From assembly GCA_964513645.1 (NCBI GenBank), contig CAZENF010000002.1:142072-206071 (forward strand): a DNA stretch of 64,000 bases, read 5' to 3'. This document shows, piece by piece, positions 1 through 7,833 of the stretch (its first letter is position 1; each line of letters starts with the position of its first letter). The notes under the pieces were generated by a model, which worked only from the letters and a program-made list of their open reading frames with translations, searched no databases and was not told the origin of the DNA. The DNA comes from an uncultured Candidatus Saccharibacteria bacterium. Its GTDB lineage: Bacteria; Patescibacteriota; Minisyncoccia; 2-02-FULL-40-12; GWA2-44-9. The position numbers were made by a program, and so were the translations under genes.

Positions 1-10
1 TTGAATTCGC

Positions 11-84
11 GGGTGTGTAGCTCAGTTGGTTAGAGCACGTCACTTATAATGACGGGGTCGATGGTTCGAATCCATCCACACCCA
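11..84 (+). tRNA. tRNA-Ile, anticodon UAU
   Basis: Cloverleaf read by eye: acceptor gggtgtg/cacaccc, anticodon stem cgtca/tgacg, loop cttataa (TAT), T-loop ttcgaat. No encoded CCA. Confidence 0.7.
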
Positions 85-107
85 CAACGTCAACAATATC
101 GACGAGA

Positions 108-181
108 GCGCGCTTAGCTCAGTTGGTTAGAGCGACTCGTTTACACCGAGTAGGCCGGGGGTTCGAGTCCCTCAGCGCGCA
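108..181 (+). tRNA. tRNA-Val, anticodon UAC
   Basis: Acceptor gcgcgct/agcgcgc, anticodon stem actcg/cgagt, loop tttacac, T-loop ttcgagt. Confidence 0.75.
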
Positions 182-183
182 CT

Positions 184-903
184 ATGGATCTTGAACCTCA
201 AATCGTTTACGAAGACAAGAATTTGTTGGCAATCGATAAGCCCTTCGGCCTTATAACTCATCCTAAGAATAGGGACGATAAGAGCGAGAGCGTCGTTTCC
301 TGGCTTGTTTCCAAATATCCGGAAATTGAAAACATTGGAGAGCCGTTCATCGCTTCAGGTACGCCGATGCCCCGGGCAGGTGTAGTTCACCGGCTGGACA
401 GAGATACGTCCGGACTTTTGTTGGTTGCCAAAACAACCGAAGCTTTTGTATTCTTAAAAAATCTTTTTCAGACCAGGAAAATACAGAAACACTATCAGGC
501 CCTTGTCTCCGGCCACCTGAAAAATCCTTCAGGAATAATCGATTCCCCTCTCGGTCGGATAGGTCTAAAGAGAACAACAAAAATACAGGGCAAGAAACTT
601 ATTGACCAGAAAGAAGCCGTGACCGAATATAGAACTCTCAAAAAATTCGAAAAATTTACCCTTTTGGAAGTTCTGCCCAAGACCGGCCGAACGCACCAGA
701 TAAGGGTGCACCTTAATTCCATTGGTCACCCTGTTTGCGGAGATATGATTTACGGTTTTAAAAAAGCTGACAAACCCGAAGGACTAACCCGCCTTTTTCT
801 CCATGCCTATAAGCTCGAGTTCGCCACTCCCGACGGCAAGGCCTTAACCCTCGAAACTGACCTGCCCCAGGATTTACAAAATGTCCTAAATAAGCTACAA
901 TAG
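184..903 (+). CDS. RluA-family 23S rRNA pseudouridine synthase (RluD/RluC-like)
   Basis: 239-aa ORF with the HRLDRDTSGLLLVAKT catalytic motif and overall RluA-family layout. Starts 3 nt after tRNA-Val. Confidence 0.85.
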   Translation: MDLEPQIVYEDKNLLAIDKPFGLITHPKNRDDKSESVVSWLVSKYPEIENIGEPFIASGTPMPRAGVVHRLDRDTSGLLLVAKTTEAFVFLKNLFQTRKIQKHYQALVSGHLKNPSGIIDSPLGRIGLKRTTKIQGKKLIDQKEAVTEYRTLKKFEKFTLLEVLPKTGRTHQIRVHLNSIGHPVCGDMIYGFKKADKPEGLTRLFLHAYKLEFATPDGKALTLETDLPQDLQNVLNKLQ

Positions 904-909
904 GTTCTT

Positions 910-1272
910 ATGGATAAGCTACAGTCGTTTACGTCCAAATATTCAGGCGAAAGCAAATTCAAAGACCTCCAACCAGGTTGGACAGTTAAGATATTCCAGA
1001 AGATAAAAGAAGGCGATAAAACAAGGGTTCAGGCCTTCGAAGGCATGGTAATCGCCAGAAAACACGGCCAAGAAGCCGGTGGAACAATAACCGTACGGAG
1101 AGTTTCGGGCGGTATTGGCGTAGAGAAGGTTTTCCCGGTTTATTTGCCGTCGATTGAAAAGATCCAGGTTCTAAAAAAACCGAAAGTACGCCGGGCTAAA
1201 CTTTATTATCTGCGCGATAAGTCATCTCGAGAAATTAAGAAGAAAATGAAGCAGCAAGAAGCTTCCGCTTAA
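910..1272 (+). CDS. rplS: 50S ribosomal protein L19
   Basis: 120-aa basic protein whose length and sequence pattern match bL19. Confidence 0.85.
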   Translation: MDKLQSFTSKYSGESKFKDLQPGWTVKIFQKIKEGDKTRVQAFEGMVIARKHGQEAGGTITVRRVSGGIGVEKVFPVYLPSIEKIQVLKKPKVRRAKLYYLRDKSSREIKKKMKQQEASA

Positions 1273-1302
1273 GCTTACGCTCTCGGAGTGTCATGCTTGA
1301 AT

Positions 1303-1386
1303 GCGCGGGTGGCGAAACTGGCAGACGCACTACCTTGAGGTGGTAGCGGGGGCAACCCCATGGAGGTTCAAATCCTCTCCCGCGCA
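1303..1386 (+). tRNA. tRNA-Leu, anticodon GAG
   Basis: 84 nt, long variable arm, anticodon stem ctacc/ggtag, loop ttgaggt, T-loop ttcaaat. Confidence 0.75.
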
Positions 1387-1416
1387 CTCTGATATAATGA
1401 ATTGGTATCGATGACT

Positions 1417-1490
1417 GCGCGCTTAGCTCAGTTGGTAGAGCACATTCTTGACGTGAATGGGGTCATAGGTTCGAGTCCTATAGCGCGCAC
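1417..1490 (+). tRNA. tRNA-Val, anticodon GAC
   Basis: Acceptor gcgcgct/agcgcgc, anticodon stem cattc/gaatg, loop ttgacgt, T-loop ttcgagt. Confidence 0.75.
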
Positions 1491-1497
1491 AAATTAA

Positions 1498-1863
1498 ATG
1501 TCCAATAAAGAAAAAATAGAAAACCAAAGCGTAACTGAAGGAGCCACAATGTCTGAAGACGAATTTTCATCTCTGCAAAGAGCTGAGAAGGGATTAGACG
1601 AACTCATGGGCTATAATCCGTCTGAGGTTGTTAAAAGAATCGCAAAAGAAATATATATAGAACGTCATACCACGTCGGAAAAAAGAAACTACTCCGTCGA
1701 AATAATAAAAAACAAAGACACGGGTATTGAGTCGGCGGTTATAAAGCTACTGGGTAGAATTACATACTCAACAAGTGAGAAGAATGAAATTGAACTCCTA
1801 AAACTCATAGATACAGGCAAGGATTTTAACTTTGATATATTTAAGGAAGAAAACGAGGAGTAA
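1498..1863 (+). CDS. hypothetical acidic protein (121 aa)
   Basis: Intact ORF between tRNA genes, followed by an intrinsic terminator. No recognisable domain. Confidence 0.45.
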   Translation: MSNKEKIENQSVTEGATMSEDEFSSLQRAEKGLDELMGYNPSEVVKRIAKEIYIERHTTSEKRNYSVEIIKNKDTGIESAVIKLLGRITYSTSEKNEIELLKLIDTGKDFNFDIFKEENEE

Positions 1864-1880
1864 AAAATAATCTCATCATA

Positions 1881-1903
1881 AAACCGCCTAACTGGCGGTT
1901 TTA
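1881..1903 (+). terminator. rho-independent terminator
   Basis: Hairpin aaccgcc-taact-ggcggtt followed by a T-run. Confidence 0.7.
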
Positions 1904-1914
1904 TGACGTTTATG

Positions 1915-1986
1915 TGCCGCGGGAGGGAATTGAACCCCCGACGCCAGCCTCTTCAGGGCTGCGCTCTACCACTGAGCTACCGCGGC
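1915..1986 (-). tRNA. tRNA-Phe, anticodon GAA
   Basis: Minus strand: gccgcgg...ccgcggc a, anticodon stem cagcc/ggctg, loop cctgaag? read as ctgaaga (GAA), T-loop ttcaatt. Confidence 0.7.
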
Positions 1987-2047
1987 CTACGTAATATATT
2001 ACCCCAAATATCCTAAATTTTCAAGATATATTCCGATTATTTTATAA

Positions 2048-2056
2048 TTATCCACA
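2048..2056 (+). promoter_or_regulatory. perfect DnaA-box consensus TTATCCACA
   Basis: Exact 9-mer in the AT-rich region upstream of the ORF at 2136. Confidence 0.3.
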
Positions 2057-2135
2057 TTTTTATCTACAAAAACTGAACCCCTTTGTTATAATAAACGTAC
2101 ATATTATACTGAGAGTCGTCTTACCATATCCACAA

Positions 2136-2819
2136 ATGAGAAAAGATAAAGAAAAAGCTATACAATTGCGCCAACAAGGCAGAAGCTACAAACAAATAAA
2201 CCATGAGCTAAGTATACCCATTTCTACCCTTGCTGCATGGTTCAAGAACGAACCATGGTCTCGGGAAATAAAATCCCGCCTATCGAAAGAGGTATCGTGG
2301 TTAAATCCCAAAGCCTTGGAACTTCTCGTTCACGCCAATAAAGAACGTTGGCGCTTAAAGCACGAAGAATACAGGACAGCAGCATTAAGAGAATTCAAAA
2401 GATACAAAGATGATCCCCTTTTTCTGGCAGGTATTATGCTCTACTGGGGCGAAGGAGAGAAGCAATCCAAATCAAGCGTCGTTAGGCTTGGCAATAGCGA
2501 ACCGGAAATGATAAGAATTTTTAATCTTTTTCTGACTAAAGTTTTGAAAATAGATCCCGAAAGAATATCTGCCTGGCTATTACTTTATCCTGACCTTGTA
2601 GATAGCGTTCAGAAAAACTTTTGGAGCAAATCTACGGGATTATCTCTAAGCCAATTTAAAAGATCGATATATATTAAGGGTCGCCACCCGACCAAACGTC
2701 TTTCTTACGGTGTCTGTACTATATATATTCCGAGTAGAGCTTTGAAAGAGCGGATGCTTAAGTGGCTTGAGTTATATCAGGATCATTTACGTTCACATGC
2801 CATGAAACTTGAAATATAG
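2136..2819 (+). CDS. HTH-domain protein with a LAGLIDADG-like motif (possible free-standing homing-endonuclease-like gene)
   Basis: N-terminal resolvase-type HTH (IQLRQQGRSYKQINHELSIPISTLAAWF). Internal FLAGIMLYWGEGEK resembles the LAGLIDADG dodecapeptide. Embedded in a tRNA island. Confidence 0.45.
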   Translation: MRKDKEKAIQLRQQGRSYKQINHELSIPISTLAAWFKNEPWSREIKSRLSKEVSWLNPKALELLVHANKERWRLKHEEYRTAALREFKRYKDDPLFLAGIMLYWGEGEKQSKSSVVRLGNSEPEMIRIFNLFLTKVLKIDPERISAWLLLYPDLVDSVQKNFWSKSTGLSLSQFKRSIYIKGRHPTKRLSYGVCTIYIPSRALKERMLKWLELYQDHLRSHAMKLEI

Positions 2820-2846
2820 GTCAAAAAAACGTAGAATATCAGAATT

Positions 2847-2920
2847 GCGGGTATCGTATAACGGTATTATGTGATCTTGCCAAGATCGAGACACGGGTTC
2901 GACTCCCGTTACCCGCTCCA
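2847..2920 (+). tRNA. tRNA-Gly, anticodon GCC (CCA encoded)
   Basis: gcgggta...tacccgc t cca, anticodon stem tgatc/gatcg, loop ttgccaa, T-loop ttcgact. Confidence 0.75.
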
Positions 2921-2921
2921 G

Positions 2922-3383
2922 ATGTTCCCAGTTAATATATTCTCAAAAGTAAGGACCGGCATAAATGAGCGGGTCCTTAATGCAGAACCGGGCTTGTATC
3001 TGTATATTGCATTTCCAATAGCTTTTGCTTTTCTCGTTACTTTTGTCTGTGCCAGGATATTAAGCCATGTTGACCCTGATGCATACATCCCCTGGTCCGG
3101 TATCCATGTTCATCATTTTGCATATGGATTTTTTATATTGGCCGCTGCCGGTTATCTGGCACTGGTTTTTTCGAGTCCCAGGGCTAAATTCTTTATCGCT
3201 CTTCTTCATGGCATAGGCTTAGGATTAGCTTTTGATGAATTCGGGATTTGGCTGCATCTGGATGACAGCGATCCGGCCAGGTTTAGTTATGATGGTTTTT
3301 TGATCGTGGTAGCCGGTTTTTTCCTATTAGTCACCATTAGACCGGGCCTAAAAATGGCCAAAAAACTGCTCAATTTGATGTAA
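2922..3383 (+). CDS. hypothetical polytopic membrane protein
   Basis: The track ORF at 2871 begins inside tRNA-Gly, so the first in-frame ATG after the tRNA is taken as start. Several hydrophobic helices. Start uncertain. Confidence 0.45.
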   Translation: MFPVNIFSKVRTGINERVLNAEPGLYLYIAFPIAFAFLVTFVCARILSHVDPDAYIPWSGIHVHHFAYGFFILAAAGYLALVFSSPRAKFFIALLHGIGLGLAFDEFGIWLHLDDSDPARFSYDGFLIVVAGFFLLVTIRPGLKMAKKLLNLM

Positions 3384-3403
3384 CAAGGGGTATTGACTTT
3401 TTG

Positions 3404-3437
3404 ACCCTGATTTGATACAATTAGAGCATAACCTGAA
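3404..3437 (+). promoter_or_regulatory. sigma70-like promoter (TTGACT-17-TACAAT)
   Basis: -35 ttgact, 17-nt spacer, -10 tacaat. Lies about 170 nt upstream of the 3D-domain gene. Confidence 0.5.
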
Positions 3438-3608
3438 ATATGGGTTATGTAACAAGTAATGGCTTTGATAGCCGTTTTTTGTTGCTCAAATCGCTTAAAA
3501 ATAACCTCACTTTGTAAACCGAGGCATCTATTGCGGAGCATCTCCGGGAGGGAGATAAGCCAAGCTATCTTGGCTGGCCTCTAAAACTGATTAATATCGG
3601 TCTACATC

Positions 3609-4175
3609 GTGACCATAATGGGTAAACGATTGAAGAGAACTTCAGCTTTCGCTCTTGTTCTTTTATATCAATTATCCTTTTCAGGAATTGCTTCAGCCGC
3701 TGGTAATTTCAGCAAATTAGCCAGTGACAGTACGTCTCTCCAGGTAAACATGGAAAACTTAGACGGACATACACTGTCTTCCAGCGAGAACACATGGGAT
3801 ATCATCAACCAAAACATACAGTTGCAGGCAAACCCGGTCCAATACCGCGTGTTAGGAACTTATAACATCTTAGCAACCGGATATACCGCCTCTCCTGAAC
3901 AAACAGACGACTCCCCTTGCGTAGCCGCAAGCGGATACAATATCTGTACAGGAGACGAGAATGTTATCGCTGCCAACTTCTACGTTAACGGCAAGAGAGT
4001 TCCTTTCGGAACTCTGGTAAGAATACCGTCCGTTTACGGAGACAAACTGTTCGTGGTTGAAGACAGAATGAACAGCCGCTATCACAACAATATTGATATA
4101 TTATTCTCTGATATACATGAAGCCAGACTATTCGGTGCTCAAAGACATAACATTGAAATAGTCGAGGAGATATAA
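3609..4175 (+). CDS. secreted 3D-domain protein (YabE/MltA-type cell-wall-binding/lytic domain)
   Basis: Signal peptide. C-terminal TGYTASPEQTDDSPC...NFYVNGKRVPFGTLVRIP...FVVEDRMNSRY... pattern of the 3D (three-Asp) domain. Confidence 0.7.
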   Translation: MTIMGKRLKRTSAFALVLLYQLSFSGIASAAGNFSKLASDSTSLQVNMENLDGHTLSSSENTWDIINQNIQLQANPVQYRVLGTYNILATGYTASPEQTDDSPCVAASGYNICTGDENVIAANFYVNGKRVPFGTLVRIPSVYGDKLFVVEDRMNSRYHNNIDILFSDIHEARLFGAQRHNIEIVEEI

Positions 4176-4180
4176 AATCT

Positions 4181-4202
4181 AAAAACCCCTTACGGGGTTT
4201 TT
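4181..4202 (+). terminator. rho-independent terminator
   Basis: aaaaacccc-ttac-ggggttttt. Confidence 0.75.
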
Positions 4203-4250
4203 AGGTGGATTGATTGAGCAAGATATCTCCTTATGATGACTTAAAAAATA

Positions 4251-4616
4251 TTATAAATTTTTTGAGCTATTTTGAGAAAGAGTTTCTTTTTCAAATCTTA
4301 GAGTCTTGAAAATATAATAAGTGACGAGATACCAAAATACAAAAACTATCGACGCACCAAAATTATAACTTTCGATTGTAGTGAATATTTTAAATCCCGA
4401 GACAATGGTCCATAGAATCGCCAACAAAGTCAAAGATATCCTTGAACCTTTATATACAAAAAATAAAACCGGTCCATAGATAGCTATGGCCACCAAGAAG
4501 ATAGACTCTCCTTCTCTAAAACCTGTGATTAGTATCGCTATTATAAAGAATAAAATAATTTTAAATCGTCGAGATTTTATTTTCATAAATATTTGTCCGC
4601 CCACAAGGAATCTCAC
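4251..4616 (-). CDS. hypothetical small membrane protein
   Basis: 121-aa ORF with 3-4 hydrophobic helices. No homolog recognised. Confidence 0.4.
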   Translation of the reverse strand: MRFLVGGQIFMKIKSRRFKIILFFIIAILITGFREGESIFLVAIAIYGPVLFFVYKGSRISLTLLAILWTIVSGFKIFTTIESYNFGASIVFVFWYLVTYYIFKTLRFEKETLSQNSSKNL

Positions 4617-4786
4617 GTCGAAAAAGATTTGACTCGCAGACTATCAAATCTTTTTCTCCTTGAAACCTTGCGGTTTCAATACTTCCACCACGGGAAAGAA
4701 CTTTTCTTTCCCGACCCCTATCTTGTTCGAGTCCTTGTGGTCTACAAAAGACAAAACCAACTTAATGTCGGTTTTGTCTTTTGTTG

Positions 4787-4859
4787 TCCGCCCACAAGGA
4801 CTCGAACCTTGAACCGTATCCTTAAGAGGGATCTGCTCTACCAATTGAGCTATGGGCGG
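4787..4859 (-). tRNA. tRNA-Lys, anticodon CUU
   Basis: Minus strand: D-arm tagctcaattggtagagc, anticodon loop ctcttaa, T-arm caagg-ttcgagt-ccttg, acceptor ccgccca/tgggcgg. Confidence 0.65.
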
Positions 4860-4873
4860 ATTTATTTTGAATG

Positions 4874-4945
4874 TGCCCCCACCAGGAGTCGAACCCAGAT
4901 CTCCACCTTCGAAGGGTGTCGCTCTATCCATTGAGCTATGGGGGC
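4874..4945 (-). tRNA. tRNA-Arg, anticodon UCG
   Basis: Minus strand: gccccca...tgggggc a, anticodon loop cttcgaa, T-loop ttcgact. Confidence 0.65.
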
Positions 4946-5019
4946 GGGATTCGCTACTTCCTGCCTGCCCTCCTACGGCGGGTAAACCGGCAGGCAGGTA
5001 TCCGTTAAGCTACGGGCGC
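4946..5019 (-). ncRNA. unassigned 74-nt tRNA-sized structured element (not a canonical cloverleaf)
   Basis: Abuts tRNA-Arg. Contains a 10-bp GC stem cctgcctgcc/ggcaggcagg, a GGUUUACC segment and GGAAGUAGCG. Could not be folded as a tRNA. Strand uncertain. Confidence 0.3.
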
Positions 5020-5059
5020 TTTACCCTGTATCTTAACAGAAAGTTGACATTTTTTCAAT

Positions 5060-6235
5060 TTATTTCTTATATCTTTTTCTAATGTCGGAAATTACTTTCG
5101 GCAGCACTTCTAAGACATAATCTAAATCCTTTTTGCGCGTCTGGCGGCCCAAACTTAAACGCAAAGCACCGTTAAGATATTTTTCAGGCACGCCGATAGC
5201 TTTGAGGACATGTGATGGTTCAACGGAATGAGAAGTACAGGCAGACCCAGAACCGGCTGAAATTCCATATTTATCTAACTCAAGAAGTAAATTCTCGCTA
5301 TCCATTCCAGGTATAGAAATATTTATATTATTCGGCAAACGCTCGCTTCCTGTTGCTCCGTTAATTTTTATCTCCGGTAATTCTTTTTCGAGCCGATTTA
5401 AAAAATAATCTCTCAGTTTGCTTGTCCGGCTGGAGTCTTCAGTATTTATAATCTCAAGAGCCTTAGCCAAGCCGGCAATAGCAGAGAGGTTTTCCGTCCC
5501 AGCCCGATATCCCCTTTCCTGACCACCGCCCATGATATATGGAACAAAAGGAGTGTTTCTTTTTATATAAAGAACACCTATACCATGAGGACCGTATATT
5601 TTACCTCCATTAAAGGTCAAAAGATCCACCCCAAGATTATTTACATTCATATCCAGATAACCAGCCGCCTGACAGGCATCGACATGTAATAACGGATAGA
5701 TACTGTCTTTCTTAAAATCTTTAATCAGTTTCCCTATTTTCTTTATCGGTTCGATGGTGCCTATTTCGTTGTTAGCGTACATAATACTCACCAGCATCGT
5801 TCGGGTTGAAAGCTTAGACCTGATATCTTCAACATTAATCAGGCCTTTATTGTCTACTCTAACAAATAGACTTTCTTTCCCTTCGTATTTTAAAAATTTT
5901 AAAGGTTCGAGAACGGATAGATGCTCTATCGGAGTAGTTATGAGTTCATTTTTTTCTTTCGGTGCCGCAAAAGCCGGACACATCACAGCCATATTATTGG
6001 CTTCAGAACCGGATGAAGTAAAGATTATCTCTTCCGGCCTTGCACCTAAAAATCTGGCCACCTTAAGCCGGGACTCTTCGAGCTTTTTCTTGGCTTCGCG
6101 GCCCACATTATTAAAAGACGATGGATTACCATAAACACTCCCGACTGAGTTCATCTCTGCCATTACTCTCCCGTCCACCGGTGTAGCGGCAGCATTGTCT
6201 AAATAAATATTGTGTTTTTTGGCTTCTATTGACAT
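5060..6235 (-). CDS. iscS: cysteine desulfurase (class V aminotransferase, IscS/NifS family)
   Basis: 391 aa with SSGSEANN and HVDACQAAG PLP-lysine-region motifs of NifS/IscS. Confidence 0.85.
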   Translation of the reverse strand: MSIEAKKHNIYLDNAAATPVDGRVMAEMNSVGSVYGNPSSFNNVGREAKKKLEESRLKVARFLGARPEEIIFTSSGSEANNMAVMCPAFAAPKEKNELITTPIEHLSVLEPLKFLKYEGKESLFVRVDNKGLINVEDIRSKLSTRTMLVSIMYANNEIGTIEPIKKIGKLIKDFKKDSIYPLLHVDACQAAGYLDMNVNNLGVDLLTFNGGKIYGPHGIGVLYIKRNTPFVPYIMGGGQERGYRAGTENLSAIAGLAKALEIINTEDSSRTSKLRDYFLNRLEKELPEIKINGATGSERLPNNINISIPGMDSENLLLELDKYGISAGSGSACTSHSVEPSHVLKAIGVPEKYLNGALRLSLGRQTRKKDLDYVLEVLPKVISDIRKRYKK

Positions 6236-6505
6236 AAGTATAAAATTGTGATACTATATTAGTATCAGTCTGGGTTCCTATTTAGAGACCGGTAACGAAA
6301 TGTAACTCTGATAGGATACTCCCGATTTCGTAGGCCCGTAGTTACAACCCAGCCCCACCTTGGTGGGGCTGGACAAACAATATTCTCTATTATACAGAGA
6401 ATTTATGTAACTGCAATCTTGCTTATCGGGTCGGGGGTTTCGCGAAGCCATACAGGAAGCCCGCTTCTGGATTCAGAAAAAAAGTTTCCTGAATGAGTAT
6501 CAAAA

Positions 6506-6533
6506 TCAAAAAGCGCCTGACGGCGCTTTTTGA
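6506..6533. terminator. bidirectional intrinsic terminator
   Basis: aaaaagcgcc-tga-cggcgcttttt, with an A-run before and a T-run after. Sits just after the tig stop. Confidence 0.7.
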
Positions 6534-6535
6534 TT

Positions 6536-7816
6536 TTACGAGATACAATTTTTCTCAAGATATTTAAATACTCTTTCGTTGACCAGTTCGCCGGTAATTG
6601 CGTCTTTTAACTTTTCGATATCAAGTTCTTCCGGATTTACTTCCCCTCTTATGGCCATCGTCTGGGCTGCTTTTTCGGATTCTTCGTTTATCTCTTCTTG
6701 AGATGGGTAGAGGTTATTTTCTTTGGCTAATTTTCTTAGGATCAGAGCATAAGCAACCTGCCGTTCGGCGTCAGGGCGCCAGTTTGTGCGAAGCTCGTCC
6801 TCGGTCTTACCCAAATGAGCGAGATAAAAAGACAGTTCCATGCCCTTGGCGTGCAATTCATTGTCAAAACCCGCGATCATACCGTCCAATTTTTCAATTA
6901 CCATCTCTTCGGGCACTTCGACTTTTGATTTATCGAATATTTTTGAAAGTATTTCTATCCTGACACGCTGTTTTTCCTTGTGTTTCTTTTCTTCTGAAAT
7001 CCCTTCTTTGATATTTTCCTCGAGCTCTTTGAGGTCGTTAAACCGGCCCAGACCTTTGGCAAACTCGTCATTAAGGGCCGGCCTTTCTATTCTTTGGACA
7101 GTCACAACTTTGACCTTAAAATCTAGCTTCTTACCGGCAACACTTTTATGAAAATATTCTGCCGGAGCGTTCAGAGAAAAATCCTTCTCTTCACCGGTTT
7201 TCATCCCGACAAGCTTGTCTTCAAAACCTGGGATAAATTTATTGTCGCCTAAAATAAGCGGGTGGTTCTTGCTTACTCCGCCTTCAACCGGCAAGCCTTC
7301 TGAAGTAACTTCGAAATCAACCTCAACCCGGTCACCTTTGTCAGCTGAACCGTCCTTGGCCAGGAATTTTGAACGTGAGGTCCTTAAAAAATCCAAAGCA
7401 TCGTTAATTTCCACCGGAGTTATTTCAATACCGCGTTCTTTAACTTTAATCCCTGACAGATCCGTTAATTTAATTAGCGGAAAAACGGTAAGTGAGACTG
7501 AGTAGATAAGTTTGGCAGTCGAATTATCTTTAACCTTGAGGTCTGATATTTTCAGGACTTCGAGTTCTTTTTCTTTTACAGTCCGACTTAAGCTGTCGTT
7601 CACAGCCATATCCATCGCTTCTTTAAGTATCGGCTGTTCACCGACTTTTTTGCGAATGAGGTCTTTGGGCGCCTTGCCTTTGCGAAAACCGTCAAGCTGG
7701 ATATTTTCAGCAAAACGTTCTTCCGCTTTTTTGACATAAGCCGACAGCTCTTCACGGCCTAATTCGACTGTAAGATCATACTTATTTGACGCTGTCTTTT
7801 TAAGAGAAGATTCCAA
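6536..7816 (-). CDS. tig: trigger factor
   Basis: 426 aa. N-terminal ribosome-binding domain, central FKBP-type PPIase region and C-terminal chaperone arm pattern. Confidence 0.9.
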   Translation of the reverse strand: MESSLKKTASNKYDLTVELGREELSAYVKKAEERFAENIQLDGFRKGKAPKDLIRKKVGEQPILKEAMDMAVNDSLSRTVKEKELEVLKISDLKVKDNSTAKLIYSVSLTVFPLIKLTDLSGIKVKERGIEITPVEINDALDFLRTSRSKFLAKDGSADKGDRVEVDFEVTSEGLPVEGGVSKNHPLILGDNKFIPGFEDKLVGMKTGEEKDFSLNAPAEYFHKSVAGKKLDFKVKVVTVQRIERPALNDEFAKGLGRFNDLKELEENIKEGISEEKKHKEKQRVRIEILSKIFDKSKVEVPEEMVIEKLDGMIAGFDNELHAKGMELSFYLAHLGKTEDELRTNWRPDAERQVAYALILRKLAKENNLYPSQEEINEESEKAAQTMAIRGEVNPEELDIEKLKDAITGELVNERVFKYLEKNCIS

Positions 7817-7833
7817 TTTTTATTTTAATTAGA

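Noticed and set aside
4593-5082. Five overlapping small ORFs (61-113 aa) on both strands
   Set aside because: They lie over tRNA-Lys, tRNA-Arg and the adjacent structured element. The RNA genes explain the region.
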